Made by a program: the position numbers and the translations under genes
NCBI GenBank assembly: GCA_030640255.1
Contig: DAOWJS010000006.1
Span: 1 to 33,812, forward strand
Origin: Dehalococcoidales bacterium
GTDB lineage: Bacteria > Chloroflexota > Dehalococcoidia > Dehalococcoidales > GCA-2688105
Direction: 5' to 3'
DNA length: 33,812 nucleotides
Shown: positions 16,603 to 24,912 of the stretch, in pieces
How the letters are laid out: each line of letters begins with the position of its first letter
Numbering within the stretch: position 1 is the first letter of the stretch
The notes under the pieces: model-generated
What the model saw: only the letters and a program-made list of their open reading frames with translations
The model's database searches: none
What the model was told of the DNA's origin: nothing

Positions 16603-18609
16603 CTATCTGATAAAACCACTGACTGAGCCACAATCATAGACTTTATGAAATCCCTGCTCGGCAAGCACCTGCCGAGGGTCATAATTCAGCTTGTAGTAAC
16701 TCCCCGAGCCGGTTCCAAAAGGATGGTTCACGATTTCATCCCTGATGAGAAGCATGTCGGAAGAACACTGACCGAAATCTCGGTTTATCAGACAAGACTG
16801 TATCCATTCCAGCTTATCTTTCAACTCAGTAAGCAGCTCCGGCGTGAGCCGAATCATTCTATAATAGCCGTCGACGCCTATAGTTCCCTCATAATTAGCT
16901 GAGAGGGTCTGCACCGCCTGCGATTCAGAAGTGGTAAGGGCAAAACGAACCACCTGATTCTGGGAAAAAGTCCGATTAGTCTGGTTAGAGGGAAAACCTA
17001 TAATAGACAGGAAGGTCAGAACAAAAATCAAAACTATCACCAAGCTAGCCTTGAAATACCTCTTGTTAAACAGCCCGAATAAGAGGGAAAAGGTTACCGC
17101 CAGCGGGATAGATAATAAAATCTCCGCCATATACCACCACCTATGTTCAATAACAGAACGACCGGTTAGCATGGGGAAATAGCCAATGCCCAGAATCAAT
17201 ACCCCAGCGATGGCTATAAAGAAAGCATAAGGATTACCAAATCTCCTGGAGAGCATATAAAAGCCGCCGATGAAAGACGCGGCAAAAAATAGGAGCATGC
17301 CCAAACTGTTAAATAAGAATTCAAATGGGGCGCTGGAAAGCGTCTCAGTTGCTGGCGGTGTAGGCTCTGGTGGTGCAACCTCTGGAGGTGTAACCTCTGG
17401 AGGTGTAGTCTCTGGAGGTGTAGTCTCTGGTGGTGCAATTCCTGATGGTGCCAAGCTCGGGGCGTAGGTAAGCCCTGCGCTGGGTGCAAAACCGTGCCTT
17501 GCATGGTAGATTAAGCCCTGGATATTTCCTGAACCAAAAGTCCACCAGCCAAACATGGCAACAGTAAAGATAAGAGCTACGCCAGCCAAAAGAGGAAAGG
17601 TAGCTAGCTTCTCTTTATAGAGTTTTTTATAAAACATGAGGCTTAACCAGAAAGTAATCAGCAATAAAGCCAGCCAGAGTGTGGCTATGACATGGGTCAG
17701 GAGCAGAGACACCATGAGCAGCCCGCAAAGGGGGATTACTATAGGGGCTTTATCTTTATGGAACTTGAGGACTAGGTAGAGGATGATAACTACTAAAGTG
17801 GCTCCTAGCCCGTTGGGGACAGTCCAATAGCCGAAGAAGATATACCAGTTAGCTACTCCCATCAGTAAGGCAGCTAGCATGCCAATCTTGGCATTGAACA
17901 GGAGCCTGCCGATAAGGAAGATAAATAGCACGTTACAAACTGCCTGCAACAAGGAAATGGAAAACATGGCAGCCATCTTGTAACCCAGTCCAGTTATTAA
18001 TGAGGTTGCCCCGATGGTAAGGTGCATAATCGGTAACTTCGTATAGATACCACCTTCAATGTGTCCTGCATTTATCCACCCCACTGTAGTCAGCCGATGC
18101 ATCCAGGTGTCCATCCCGACCATGTCGGGGAATAAAAGTAGGACTGACCATTGCAAGCTTAAGGCAATAAGGATTATTTGAAATAAGGTAAAAGGTGTCG
18201 GTGAGTTTTTAGATGGTAGAAACAATATCTTAGCTGCCAAAATGGCACTCATCGCGGCTATTGAGATGAAGTATTCCAGGGGTCTTACGTATAGTTCGGT
18301 TCGGAAGGCAAAAGACCACAAGCTATAGGTAAAAAGGGCAAAGAATACGATGTCTAAAAGCAATAGGATAGATGGCGTGGCTTGAAAATCTAGGATTGAG
18401 GGAATATCTAGTAACCTCCGGCGCTGCTTTAAGACCAGATAAGCAGCACAAGCGACAAAGGCGAGGATGGCAGCGAGGGTATAGGTAAGATGTCCTATTT
18501 GGATTTGGAGATAGGCGATTAAAACGAGAGAGAAAATAGCACCGATTGAGGCTAAAGTGCTATCTAGATTATCTCTGATGAAGGGTAACACCTTACTTCT
18601 AGAGTTCAC
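16603..18609 (-). CDS. polytopic membrane protein (about 13 or more TM segments) with Pro/Thr/Glu repeat loop; possible GT-C type glycosyltransferase/polymerase
   Basis: 668 aa, hydrophobic throughout, with a ~130-aa soluble C-terminus. Central loop is [31 protein letters not shown]. It is the first gene of the glycan operon. No WWDxG or other diagnostic motif was seen, so the family call is inference from architecture and context. Confidence 0.6.
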   Translation of the reverse strand: MNSRSKVLPFIRDNLDSTLASIGAIFSLVLIAYLQIQIGHLTYTLAAILAFVACAAYLVLKQRRRLLDIPSILDFQATPSILLLLDIVFFALFTYSLWSFAFRTELYVRPLEYFISIAAMSAILAAKILFLPSKNSPTPFTLFQIILIALSLQWSVLLLFPDMVGMDTWMHRLTTVGWINAGHIEGGIYTKLPIMHLTIGATSLITGLGYKMAAMFSISLLQAVCNVLFIFLIGRLLFNAKIGMLAALLMGVANWYIFFGYWTVPNGLGATLVVIILYLVLKFHKDKAPIVIPLCGLLMVSLLLTHVIATLWLALLLITFWLSLMFYKKLYKEKLATFPLLAGVALIFTVAMFGWWTFGSGNIQGLIYHARHGFAPSAGLTYAPSLAPSGIAPPETTPPETTPPEVTPPEVAPPEPTPPATETLSSAPFEFLFNSLGMLLFFAASFIGGFYMLSRRFGNPYAFFIAIAGVLILGIGYFPMLTGRSVIEHRWWYMAEILLSIPLAVTFSLLFGLFNKRYFKASLVIVLIFVLTFLSIIGFPSNQTNRTFSQNQVVRFALTTSESQAVQTLSANYEGTIGVDGYYRMIRLTPELLTELKDKLEWIQSCLINRDFGQCSSDMLLIRDEIVNHPFGTGSGSYYKLNYDPRQVLAEQGFHKVYDCGSVSGFIR
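17350..17454. repeat. 15-bp tandem repeat (5 clean plus 2 degenerate units) encoding PPE(T/V)(T/A) units
   Basis: CTCTGGAGGTGTAAC-type units at 17365, 17380, 17395, 17410 and 17425. Units 3 and 4 are identical. Confidence 0.9.
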
Positions 18610-18822
18610 AATGTCTCCTGGTTATGTTCCGTGTATAGGTTTAGGCTGTCTCTAACCGATATTTAGCTAGCATTATGAACTGTGTGTGGGTTAGTGTCAA
18701 TACATTTGCGCTAGGAGCCATCTACCTATGTTTTACTTGAAAGGGGGTAGTAGGTGTCAGAGGGGTGGCTCCAGGTTTTTGGTAAAACCACGCTTTCTTC
18801 CCGATATTCTTTTAAGCTTGTC

Positions 18823-20289
18823 TTAACCCTTTATTACCCCTATGGGTCTAGACCGGGCGACGATTCGGGAGATGCCGGCGTTATGCGTCACATTGACCAC
18901 TGTGCCTACATCCTTATAAGCCTGGGAGGCTTCCTCAGCCAGACCCTTTAGGCTGCCGGCTCTGATGGTTATGCCTCGGGATTCAAGGTCCTGGCGCACC
19001 GCTTCACCCCTGAGCTCACGCTTGGCGGCAGCGCGACTCTTGACTCTACCGGCGCCGTGACAGGTGGAACCGAAGCTCTCTTTCATTGCCTGCTCCGTCC
19101 CCACCAGTATATAGGAGAATCGCCCCATGTCCCCCGGGATGAATACCGGCTGACCAATGCGGGCGTATTTGCGGGGGATATCGGGATGGCCGGCGGGGAA
19201 AGCCCGGGTTGCCCCTTTACGATGAACACAGAGCATCTCCTTCTTACCGTCCACTTCGTGCTCTTCTATCTTGGCAATATTGTGGGTAACATCATAGATA
19301 AGCTCCAGCCCAGCCTCTTCTTGGCTCATCCCCATCACCTGGCTGAAGGACTCTCTTACCCAGTGGGCGATGCACTGGCGGTTGGTCCAGGCGTAGTTGG
19401 CGGCGCATCTCATTGCTGTCAGGTAGTCCTGCCCCTCCCGAGAATCAAGAGGTGCGCAGGCTAGTTGGCGGTCAGGTAATTCAATGTTATACTTCTTCAT
19501 AGCGGCAACCATCTGCTCTATGTAGTCACCGGCAGTCTGATGCCCCAACCCTCGGGAGCCAGTATGGATAAGTAGCACAACCTGTCCTATCTGGTCGATA
19601 CCCATATCCTTGGCGATAGCCTTCTCCTGTATTTGGTCAATCACGGCTACCTCGAGAAAGTGATTCCCTGAGCCTAATGTACCTAGCTGAGGTATACCGC
19701 GTTCTTTGGCTTTCCGGCTGACACAGGCAGGGTCAGCCCCGGCCATCTCACCGCCTTCTTCGGTAGTCTCCAGGTCATCGGGTCGGCCGTATCCTTTCTC
19801 TATTGCCCAGCGCGAGCCTTTGGTCAACACCTCGTCGATTTCCCCGTGACGTAGCCTAATCTTACCCTTTGAGCCAAGCCCCGAAGGAACGTTTCTATAG
19901 AGAGCGTCAGTAAGCTCCCTTATCTTGGGGCGGACCTCAGCCTCCACTAAATTTGTCCGCAGCACCCGGACGCCACAGTTAATGTCAAAGCCGACGCCCC
20001 CTGGTGATACTACCCCATCGCTCATTCTCATCGCCGCCACGCCTCCGATGGGGAAACCATAGCCCCAGTGAATGTCGGGCATAGCCAGAGAATAGCCTAC
20101 AATCCCGGGCAGGAAGGCAACATTAGCCACCTGCTCTAGTGACTGCTCCTTTAGTATGTCATTGAGCATTCCCTGACTGGCAAACACTAACCCATCAACT
20201 CGCATCCCGGGCTTATAGCTTTTAGGTATTCGCCATCGGTAATCGTCTACTTTTTCCAACGGCCCTGTCCACGGACTCATATTCCTCAC
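18823..20289 (-). CDS. rtcB: RNA 3'-phosphate/5'-OH ligase RtcB
   Basis: 488 aa. Motifs: DIHWGYGFPIGGV, GVGFDINCGVR, GSGNHFLEV, HTGSRGLGHQ, CHGAGR. Confidence 0.95.
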   Translation of the reverse strand: MRNMSPWTGPLEKVDDYRWRIPKSYKPGMRVDGLVFASQGMLNDILKEQSLEQVANVAFLPGIVGYSLAMPDIHWGYGFPIGGVAAMRMSDGVVSPGGVGFDINCGVRVLRTNLVEAEVRPKIRELTDALYRNVPSGLGSKGKIRLRHGEIDEVLTKGSRWAIEKGYGRPDDLETTEEGGEMAGADPACVSRKAKERGIPQLGTLGSGNHFLEVAVIDQIQEKAIAKDMGIDQIGQVVLLIHTGSRGLGHQTAGDYIEQMVAAMKKYNIELPDRQLACAPLDSREGQDYLTAMRCAANYAWTNRQCIAHWVRESFSQVMGMSQEEAGLELIYDVTHNIAKIEEHEVDGKKEMLCVHRKGATRAFPAGHPDIPRKYARIGQPVFIPGDMGRFSYILVGTEQAMKESFGSTCHGAGRVKSRAAAKRELRGEAVRQDLESRGITIRAGSLKGLAEEASQAYKDVGTVVNVTHNAGISRIVARSRPIGVIKG

Positions 20290-20292
20290 CTC

Positions 20293-20703
20293 CTAGACAT
20301 CAAAGATAACCTGAACCTGGTTTTTCTCTCTGTCTACTTTGAGCATATAATAGGTAGCTGACTTCACCCCTAGCTTCAGCTGGTGCCGGGAGGGGTTATA
20401 GGTTTCTCCCCAGCAGGTAGCCTTAAGATTGTGCTCCGTAAATTCGGTGATGTCAAATCTTTTGAATAGAAGATACTCCACGTCAAAGATATAAATGAGG
20501 TGATTAAGCCAATTAAACAGCAGACCCTCGGCGTCTTCGGCGCTTACTGCCACTGGGCGTGATTCGCCTCCTCTCACCTTATTAAGTTCGGTAATAATTG
20601 AGAAAAGGCCATAAGCGGCGTTGGCAAACGCCTCAGCCAAGCTACTGCCGTAAGCAATTAGCCCGGTATCAGCGGTGTGGTCTATTAGTTGAAACCGTTT
20701 CAT
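20293..20703 (-). CDS. archease (RtcB activator)
   Basis: MKRFQLIDHTADTGLIAYGSSLAEAF is the typical archease N-terminus. 136 aa, 3 nt upstream of rtcB. Confidence 0.9.
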   Translation of the reverse strand: MKRFQLIDHTADTGLIAYGSSLAEAFANAAYGLFSIITELNKVRGGESRPVAVSAEDAEGLLFNWLNHLIYIFDVEYLLFKRFDITEFTEHNLKATCWGETYNPSRHQLKLGVKSATYYMLKVDREKNQVQVIFDV

Positions 20704-20709
20704 TTAAGT

Positions 20710-21693
20710 TCACCCGAGTCCGACTTTGTTCTTGACGATAGCCAAAGTTTTCTCGGCGAGTGGTCGGGCTCTAGATGCTCCCTCGGCAAGCAAGGAGTCA
20801 ATGTATGTTGGGTCGGCGGTGAATTCCCGATAACGAGACTGCAAGGGGCGTAGATTGTCAATGATTACCTCGGCCAGTTCTTGCTTGAAATCGGCATAAC
20901 CTTTACCTTCAAACCGGGCTTCTATATCGGGTCTACTGAGCCCGGTAAAGAGTTCATAGATGACCAGCAGGTTATAGATTCCGGGGCGGTTCTCATCAAA
21001 ACGGACCTCGCGCAGTGAGTCGGTAGTGGCTCGCATTATCTTGGCACGAATAGCCTCTGGTGAATCAAGCAGGTTGATGGCATGACCCGAACTTGCCTCA
21101 CTCTTGCTCATTTTTTTGGTGGGGTCGTCAAGTCCCATAATACGTGACCCGGTCTCGGGGATTAGCGGCTCCGGTAGCTTGAAAGTCTCACCATAGATTG
21201 AGTTGAATCGCTGGGCAACGTCCCGGGTAAGCTCTACATGTTGTTTTTGGTCTTCACCTACGGGCACAAGGTCGGTATCATAGAGCAGAATATCGGCTGC
21301 CATAAGTGCCGGGTAATCGAAAAGGCCGACGCTAACCTGCTCCTGCTGTTCTTGCAATTTCTGTTTAAACTGAGTCATCCTCTGCATCCATCCTATAGGG
21401 GTAAAACAGTTAAGAATCCAGGTCAGTTCAGCGTGAGCGCCAATGTGGGATTGGACGAAGACCTTGGATAGTTTAGGGTCTATGCCGGCGGCAAATAGCA
21501 GACCGGCTACCTCACGTATCTTTGACTTTAAAACATTGGGTTCCTGGGGAAGGGTGATAGCGTGTAGGTCAACAATACAAAAGATGCTGTCGAATTCAGC
21601 CTGTGAGGCTACCCAATACTTAATTGCCGCCAGGTAGTTTCCAATATGGATGTTGCCTGTTGGCTGAATGCCAGAGAATACTCGCTTTTTCAT
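20710..21693 (-). CDS. trpS: tryptophan--tRNA ligase
   Basis: GIQPTGNIHIGNY (HIGH motif), KMSKS, and a 327-aa class Ic size. Confidence 0.95.
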   Translation of the reverse strand: MKKRVFSGIQPTGNIHIGNYLAAIKYWVASQAEFDSIFCIVDLHAITLPQEPNVLKSKIREVAGLLFAAGIDPKLSKVFVQSHIGAHAELTWILNCFTPIGWMQRMTQFKQKLQEQQEQVSVGLFDYPALMAADILLYDTDLVPVGEDQKQHVELTRDVAQRFNSIYGETFKLPEPLIPETGSRIMGLDDPTKKMSKSEASSGHAINLLDSPEAIRAKIMRATTDSLREVRFDENRPGIYNLLVIYELFTGLSRPDIEARFEGKGYADFKQELAEVIIDNLRPLQSRYREFTADPTYIDSLLAEGASRARPLAEKTLAIVKNKVGLG

Positions 21694-21725
21694 TAACTAT
21701 TCCTTTCTTAATATATCTCCCTTAT

Positions 21726-21734
21726 TTTATACCA
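21726..21734 (-). promoter_or_regulatory. candidate extended -10 promoter for trpS-archease-rtcB
   Basis: The minus strand reads TGGTATAAA ~33 nt upstream of the trpS ATG, with AAGGAA as RBS. Confidence 0.3.
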
Positions 21735-21851
21735 AAATGGCAACCAATGTCTCTAGGTTCTGCCCAGGGCAAAGCATCCGAATGGCATTATTGGCCGTGA
21801 TTTAAATCATAAATAGGGAGGCTACCCTAACGATAATTGTCTTGCCGATGA

Positions 21852-22472
21852 TTAACCCTTTCTGGTGAATAGTAAAGGAAACACGATATCGCTTAAACAA
21901 CAGGGAATCCAAACGGCAAGGAATAAGAACAAGAAGACAAAACCGAGCAGGGGAATCCATTGGGCTATCCCGAAGGCGGTGAAATAGAATAGTGACGCCC
22001 AGGTGCTTAGCAATACATGCCCATAATGGGGGAATCCGGTTACCTGTTTCCAATAGCCAAGGGCAATACCAGCCAGTGCCGCTGAATTTATAAGCTGCCA
22101 CTTCGCCATTCCAATCACCGGCATTTTTTCAGTCTCGATAAAGGGGATGTGAAATCCCATTTCGATGTTAAGTAAGGCTCCCCCCAGATAAGGAATCACG
22201 GCATCGCTTAATGTAGCTATGCCGATTGAGCCGGTGTAGCCAATCAAAATCGCTGCCCAGATTTTGCCCTTGCTATACTTTTTATACATAGCTGTAGTTA
22301 CCATAGCGCTCAATATGATATGGATAGGGTGTAACGTATAGAAAGTAGTTTGGGAAATTGAGGCGGGGACATTGCCTAAGACTATTATGACCATGATAAT
22401 AATCCCGGTAGCAGCTCCAGCACCGGTGAAGGGAATGTGTCTCCCGAGTTCAATGGCTATTCGCCTGAACAT
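21852..22472 (-). CDS. integral membrane protein (about 6 TM), putative metal transporter by context
   Basis: 206 aa, hydrophobic, with His-rich motifs (LHPIHI, FPHYGHV) and a CC pair. It lies directly downstream of a Fur-family gene with a palindromic box in between. The function is inference. Confidence 0.6.
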   Translation of the reverse strand: MFRRIAIELGRHIPFTGAGAATGIIIMVIIVLGNVPASISQTTFYTLHPIHIILSAMVTTAMYKKYSKGKIWAAILIGYTGSIGIATLSDAVIPYLGGALLNIEMGFHIPFIETEKMPVIGMAKWQLINSAALAGIALGYWKQVTGFPHYGHVLLSTWASLFYFTAFGIAQWIPLLGFVFLFLFLAVWIPCCLSDIVFPLLFTRKG

Positions 22473-22489
22473 TGTTTCAGTTACCTAAC

Positions 22490-22504
22490 CGAAAATCATT
22501 TTCA
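22490..22504. promoter_or_regulatory. 7-1-7 palindrome CGAAAATCATTTTCA, candidate Fur-family operator
   Basis: GAAAAT-C-ATTTTC is a perfect 6-1-6 palindrome between the fur-family gene and the membrane protein gene. Confidence 0.5.
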
Positions 22505-22551
22505 ATAACATACTTAAAAATAAGCCCGGCTTCAGCAGTGTCTTAAATAAC

Positions 22552-22992
22552 TTAGGCTGAGGCTACCTTCTGGCACTTCTGGCAGTAGCCTATGAACTCA
22601 AGAAGGTGGCCCTCGATCTTAAAACCGGTCTTCCGGGATAACTTTTGCTCCAGTTCCCCGAGGTCGCATGTGGTAAAGTCAACCACCGTGTTACAGCCAG
22701 AGCAAATCAGATGGTGGTGGTGTCCTGAAGCTCTCCTGATTAGATAGCTTCGGGAGCTACCTTCGGTGTTGACCTTACAGATGACTCCAAGCTCGGCAAG
22801 CATCTCAAGCGTGCGGTAGATGGTAACCAGCCCGATGCCGGGGTGTTCTTGTTGCCCTCGCTCGTATATAGCGGCCGGGGTAAGGTGCTCATGACTAGCG
22901 GCGATTACATTTAGCACCGCGCGCCGCTGTGGGGTGAGCTTATAACCCCGCCGCCTTAGCTTAGCTATTATTTCCTTCTCTATGAGCTTCAT
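22552..22992 (-). CDS. Fur family transcriptional regulator (Fur/Zur/PerR type not resolved)
   Basis: LTPQRRAVLNVI...HLTPAAIY...VTIYRTLEMLAELGV winged helix. Metal sites HHHHLICSGCN and CQKC. Confidence 0.9.
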   Translation of the reverse strand: MKLIEKEIIAKLRRRGYKLTPQRRAVLNVIAASHEHLTPAAIYERGQQEHPGIGLVTIYRTLEMLAELGVICKVNTEGSSRSYLIRRASGHHHHLICSGCNTVVDFTTCDLGELEQKLSRKTGFKIEGHLLEFIGYCQKCQKVASA

Positions 22993-23005
22993 CTAGATTG
23001 GTAAA

Positions 23006-23020
23006 TGAAAATATTTTTCA
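23006..23020. promoter_or_regulatory. 7-1-7 palindrome TGAAAATATTTTTCA, candidate autoregulatory Fur-family operator
   Basis: Lies 14 nt upstream of the fur-family ATG and shares the consensus TGAAAAT-N-ATTTTCA with the box at 22490. Confidence 0.45.
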
Positions 23021-23518
23021 ATTAGCATTATAGCCGACTTGGCTAATTTTTGTCAATACCCCGGCTCCTCTTCAGGAGGTAAGCTGGCTGGATTCTGTGA
23101 GACTTAAATTGATGATAGAGCGGTTACCACCAGACCTAAAGTTAATAACCCGATTACATAGAATTTTAACGAAAACACGAGAATTTGGGACTATATGCCA
23201 TTTGGCGAAACCGAAGATGGGAGATTTTACGATTTATCTCAATTAGGTTAGCGGGTTATATATCCCTCAAGAACTATTAGCCTAAATTTTCGTGATTGAC
23301 TGTAGGTGCTGTCATTTGCTAGTCTAATAGCCTGAAAAGTAGGGGTTAGTGGTCGTAGCTGGAGAAAGCAGTCGAACACTAATTACCTCTTCCTAAGGTT
23401 CTTGGTTTAAGCTTCGTTCCGGTTACATGGGGAAGCTTGTTAACCTTCCTTCCTGTTAGTTTCACCCAATTCCTGTTATATTGTCAGAGTAGACATTGAT
23501 TAATAGAGGAGAAAACAT

Positions 23519-24334
23519 ATGTATTCTAGCTTTCAGCTAGAGGAAAGAAAGAAAGACATTTCTTTTCACTTTTCCCAGGTGGCAAAGCACTATCGTGACC
23601 TAAGAACAACTGACCCGGAACCGATTGTTTACATTACGCAGGAGCTTGATTCTGTATCAAACTTACCCCGTATTGACGTTGCCGATATTGGCTGTGGAGA
23701 TGGTCGATATAGTTTACTCTTGGCTAAGTATTTGGACGGGAAGGTTCAGCTTAGATGTGTTGATAATAATGAGCATATGCTAGAAACACTGGTAACCTAT
23801 TTGAAGGCGAATGGCATAAGCAAATTTGTGAGCGTGAAATCTGATGCTGAAAGTTTACCTTTTGGTGATAACTCGTTTGATTGCATAATTACATTTAACG
23901 CGGTGCACCACTTTAAACTGAGAGATTTTTTAGACGAGAGTGCTAGAATTCTTAGGGACGGGAGTCTACTTTTCATTTATACTAGAACACCGGAGCAAAA
24001 CAGCCGGAATATCTGGGGCAGGTGTTTCCCTCAGTTCTGTCAGAAAGAAACTCGCCTTTATCACCGCCATGAACTCGAGCACGCGGTGAGTGCGGTGCCT
24101 GCCTTAAAATTACGCACCGTGAGGGAATTTAAATATGAGCGGGTTACTTCGCTAGAGCGTCTGATAGAACAGGCTGAGAACCGCCATTATTCTACATTTT
24201 GGTTTTACTCTGAGGAGGAGTTTGTTACCGCGCTGGACGGGTTTCGACAGAATATTAGGGAGCGCTTCTCTAACTCAAACCAGGCACGGTGGTTCGATGA
24301 GAACCTTCTCTTGGTTATTGAGAAAAAGGGCTAG
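23519..24334 (+). CDS. class I SAM-dependent methyltransferase
   Basis: RBS AGAGGAG. Motif I VADIGCGDGRYS, post-I LRCVDNN, FDCIITFNAVHH. Confidence 0.85.
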   Translation: MYSSFQLEERKKDISFHFSQVAKHYRDLRTTDPEPIVYITQELDSVSNLPRIDVADIGCGDGRYSLLLAKYLDGKVQLRCVDNNEHMLETLVTYLKANGISKFVSVKSDAESLPFGDNSFDCIITFNAVHHFKLRDFLDESARILRDGSLLFIYTRTPEQNSRNIWGRCFPQFCQKETRLYHRHELEHAVSAVPALKLRTVREFKYERVTSLERLIEQAENRHYSTFWFYSEEEFVTALDGFRQNIRERFSNSNQARWFDENLLLVIEKKG

Positions 24335-24358
24335 GCTAGTTCTGAGCCCCGGAGTTGA

Positions 24359-24679
24359 TTATCCTCCCGATTCCTCTTCTTTGCCCCAGTTTTGCATCAT
24401 TTCTTTCAAGCGCTGAGCCAGTTTGGGATTGGAGCGCAGGCGCTCAATAAAGATAGGGCAGCTTTCCAGTAGCGAGTTCTGGGCGGCAGTTGCCATGCTT
24501 GACAGGAGGTTCTGAATACCGAGGTCAGCCGGCTGCGAAATATTCATCCCCGGTGCTGATGCCTCTAGCTGTCGGCGAATGTCCTCAGCAGTGAATCTCA
24601 TCGGCATTACACAGGATTTATACCACGGGCACTCCTTGCACTGGACTACTGCATAGGCTTCATCTAAAACGTCACCCAT
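24359..24679 (-). CDS. hypothetical small protein with CxxC...C...C
   Basis: Strong RBS (AAGGAGG). Begins MGDVLDEAYAVVQCKECPWYKSCVMPMRF... No family was recognised. Confidence 0.55.
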   Translation of the reverse strand: MGDVLDEAYAVVQCKECPWYKSCVMPMRFTAEDIRRQLEASAPGMNISQPADLGIQNLLSSMATAAQNSLLESCPIFIERLRSNPKLAQRLKEMMQNWGKEEESGG

Positions 24680-24690
24680 ATCCGGCCTCC

Positions 24691-24831
24691 TTATTTAACA
24701 ATCTTACTCAGTCCCTTTTCTATTTCCGCCTTGTTGGGGAAGGCACCGATTACCTTCTCCTGAATTATGCCACGGATAACAACCTTAATGCTAGTTAATT
24801 TGACCTGAAATATCAAGTTCAGCAGTAATTG
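24691..24831 (-). pseudogene. possible remnant of a thioredoxin-fold gene (C-terminal ~33 aa only)
   Basis: 46-codon open frame with no ATG. It ends ...IKVVIRGIIQEKVIGAFPNKAEIEKGLSKIVK*, which resembles the thioredoxin C-terminus (..VGAxPKxxLxxxI). Its stop overlaps the RBS of the downstream 106-aa gene. Confidence 0.25.
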
Positions 24832-24912
24832 CTAACATCCGGCATACCGGCTATTACCGCAGGTTAATTTAAGACTAGAAATATTCTATGATGGCGATGT
24901 AAAATAGAAGTG

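Noticed and set aside
16586-16633. N-terminal extension [16 protein letters not shown] of the asnB ORF.
   Set aside because: Class II amidotransferases need Cys directly after the initiator Met. ATG 16585 gives MCGIVGF, has an SD, and removes the overlap with the upstream gene.
17214-17545. Three overlapping ORFs (17214-17504, 17270-17467, 17345-17545).
   Set aside because: They are alternative-frame or antisense translations of the 15-bp tandem repeat inside the 668-aa membrane protein gene.
19057-19464. Antisense ORFs inside well-supported genes. Examples: 19057-19464 in rtcB; 30795-31187 and 30839-31105 in cobT; 29615-29920 and 30097-30387 in cobD; 33104-33446 in the PP-loop gene; 21238-21637 in trpS; 21802-22101 in the membrane protein gene.
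   Set aside because: Each overlaps a gene with diagnostic motifs on the other strand. They are shadow ORFs.
21694-21851. Looked for a T-box leader upstream of trpS.
   Set aside because: No T-box consensus (AAnnnGGGTGGTACCGCG) or specifier/antiterminator architecture is present, and the leader is only ~35-150 nt.
23021-23518. Unusually long (~500 nt) non-coding stretch upstream of the methyltransferase; checked for a riboswitch or small genes. It includes an 18-codon ORF, MPFGETEDGRFYDLSQLG.
   Set aside because: No motif I recognise, only weak short hairpins, and the mini-ORF has no RBS. Left unexplained rather than called.
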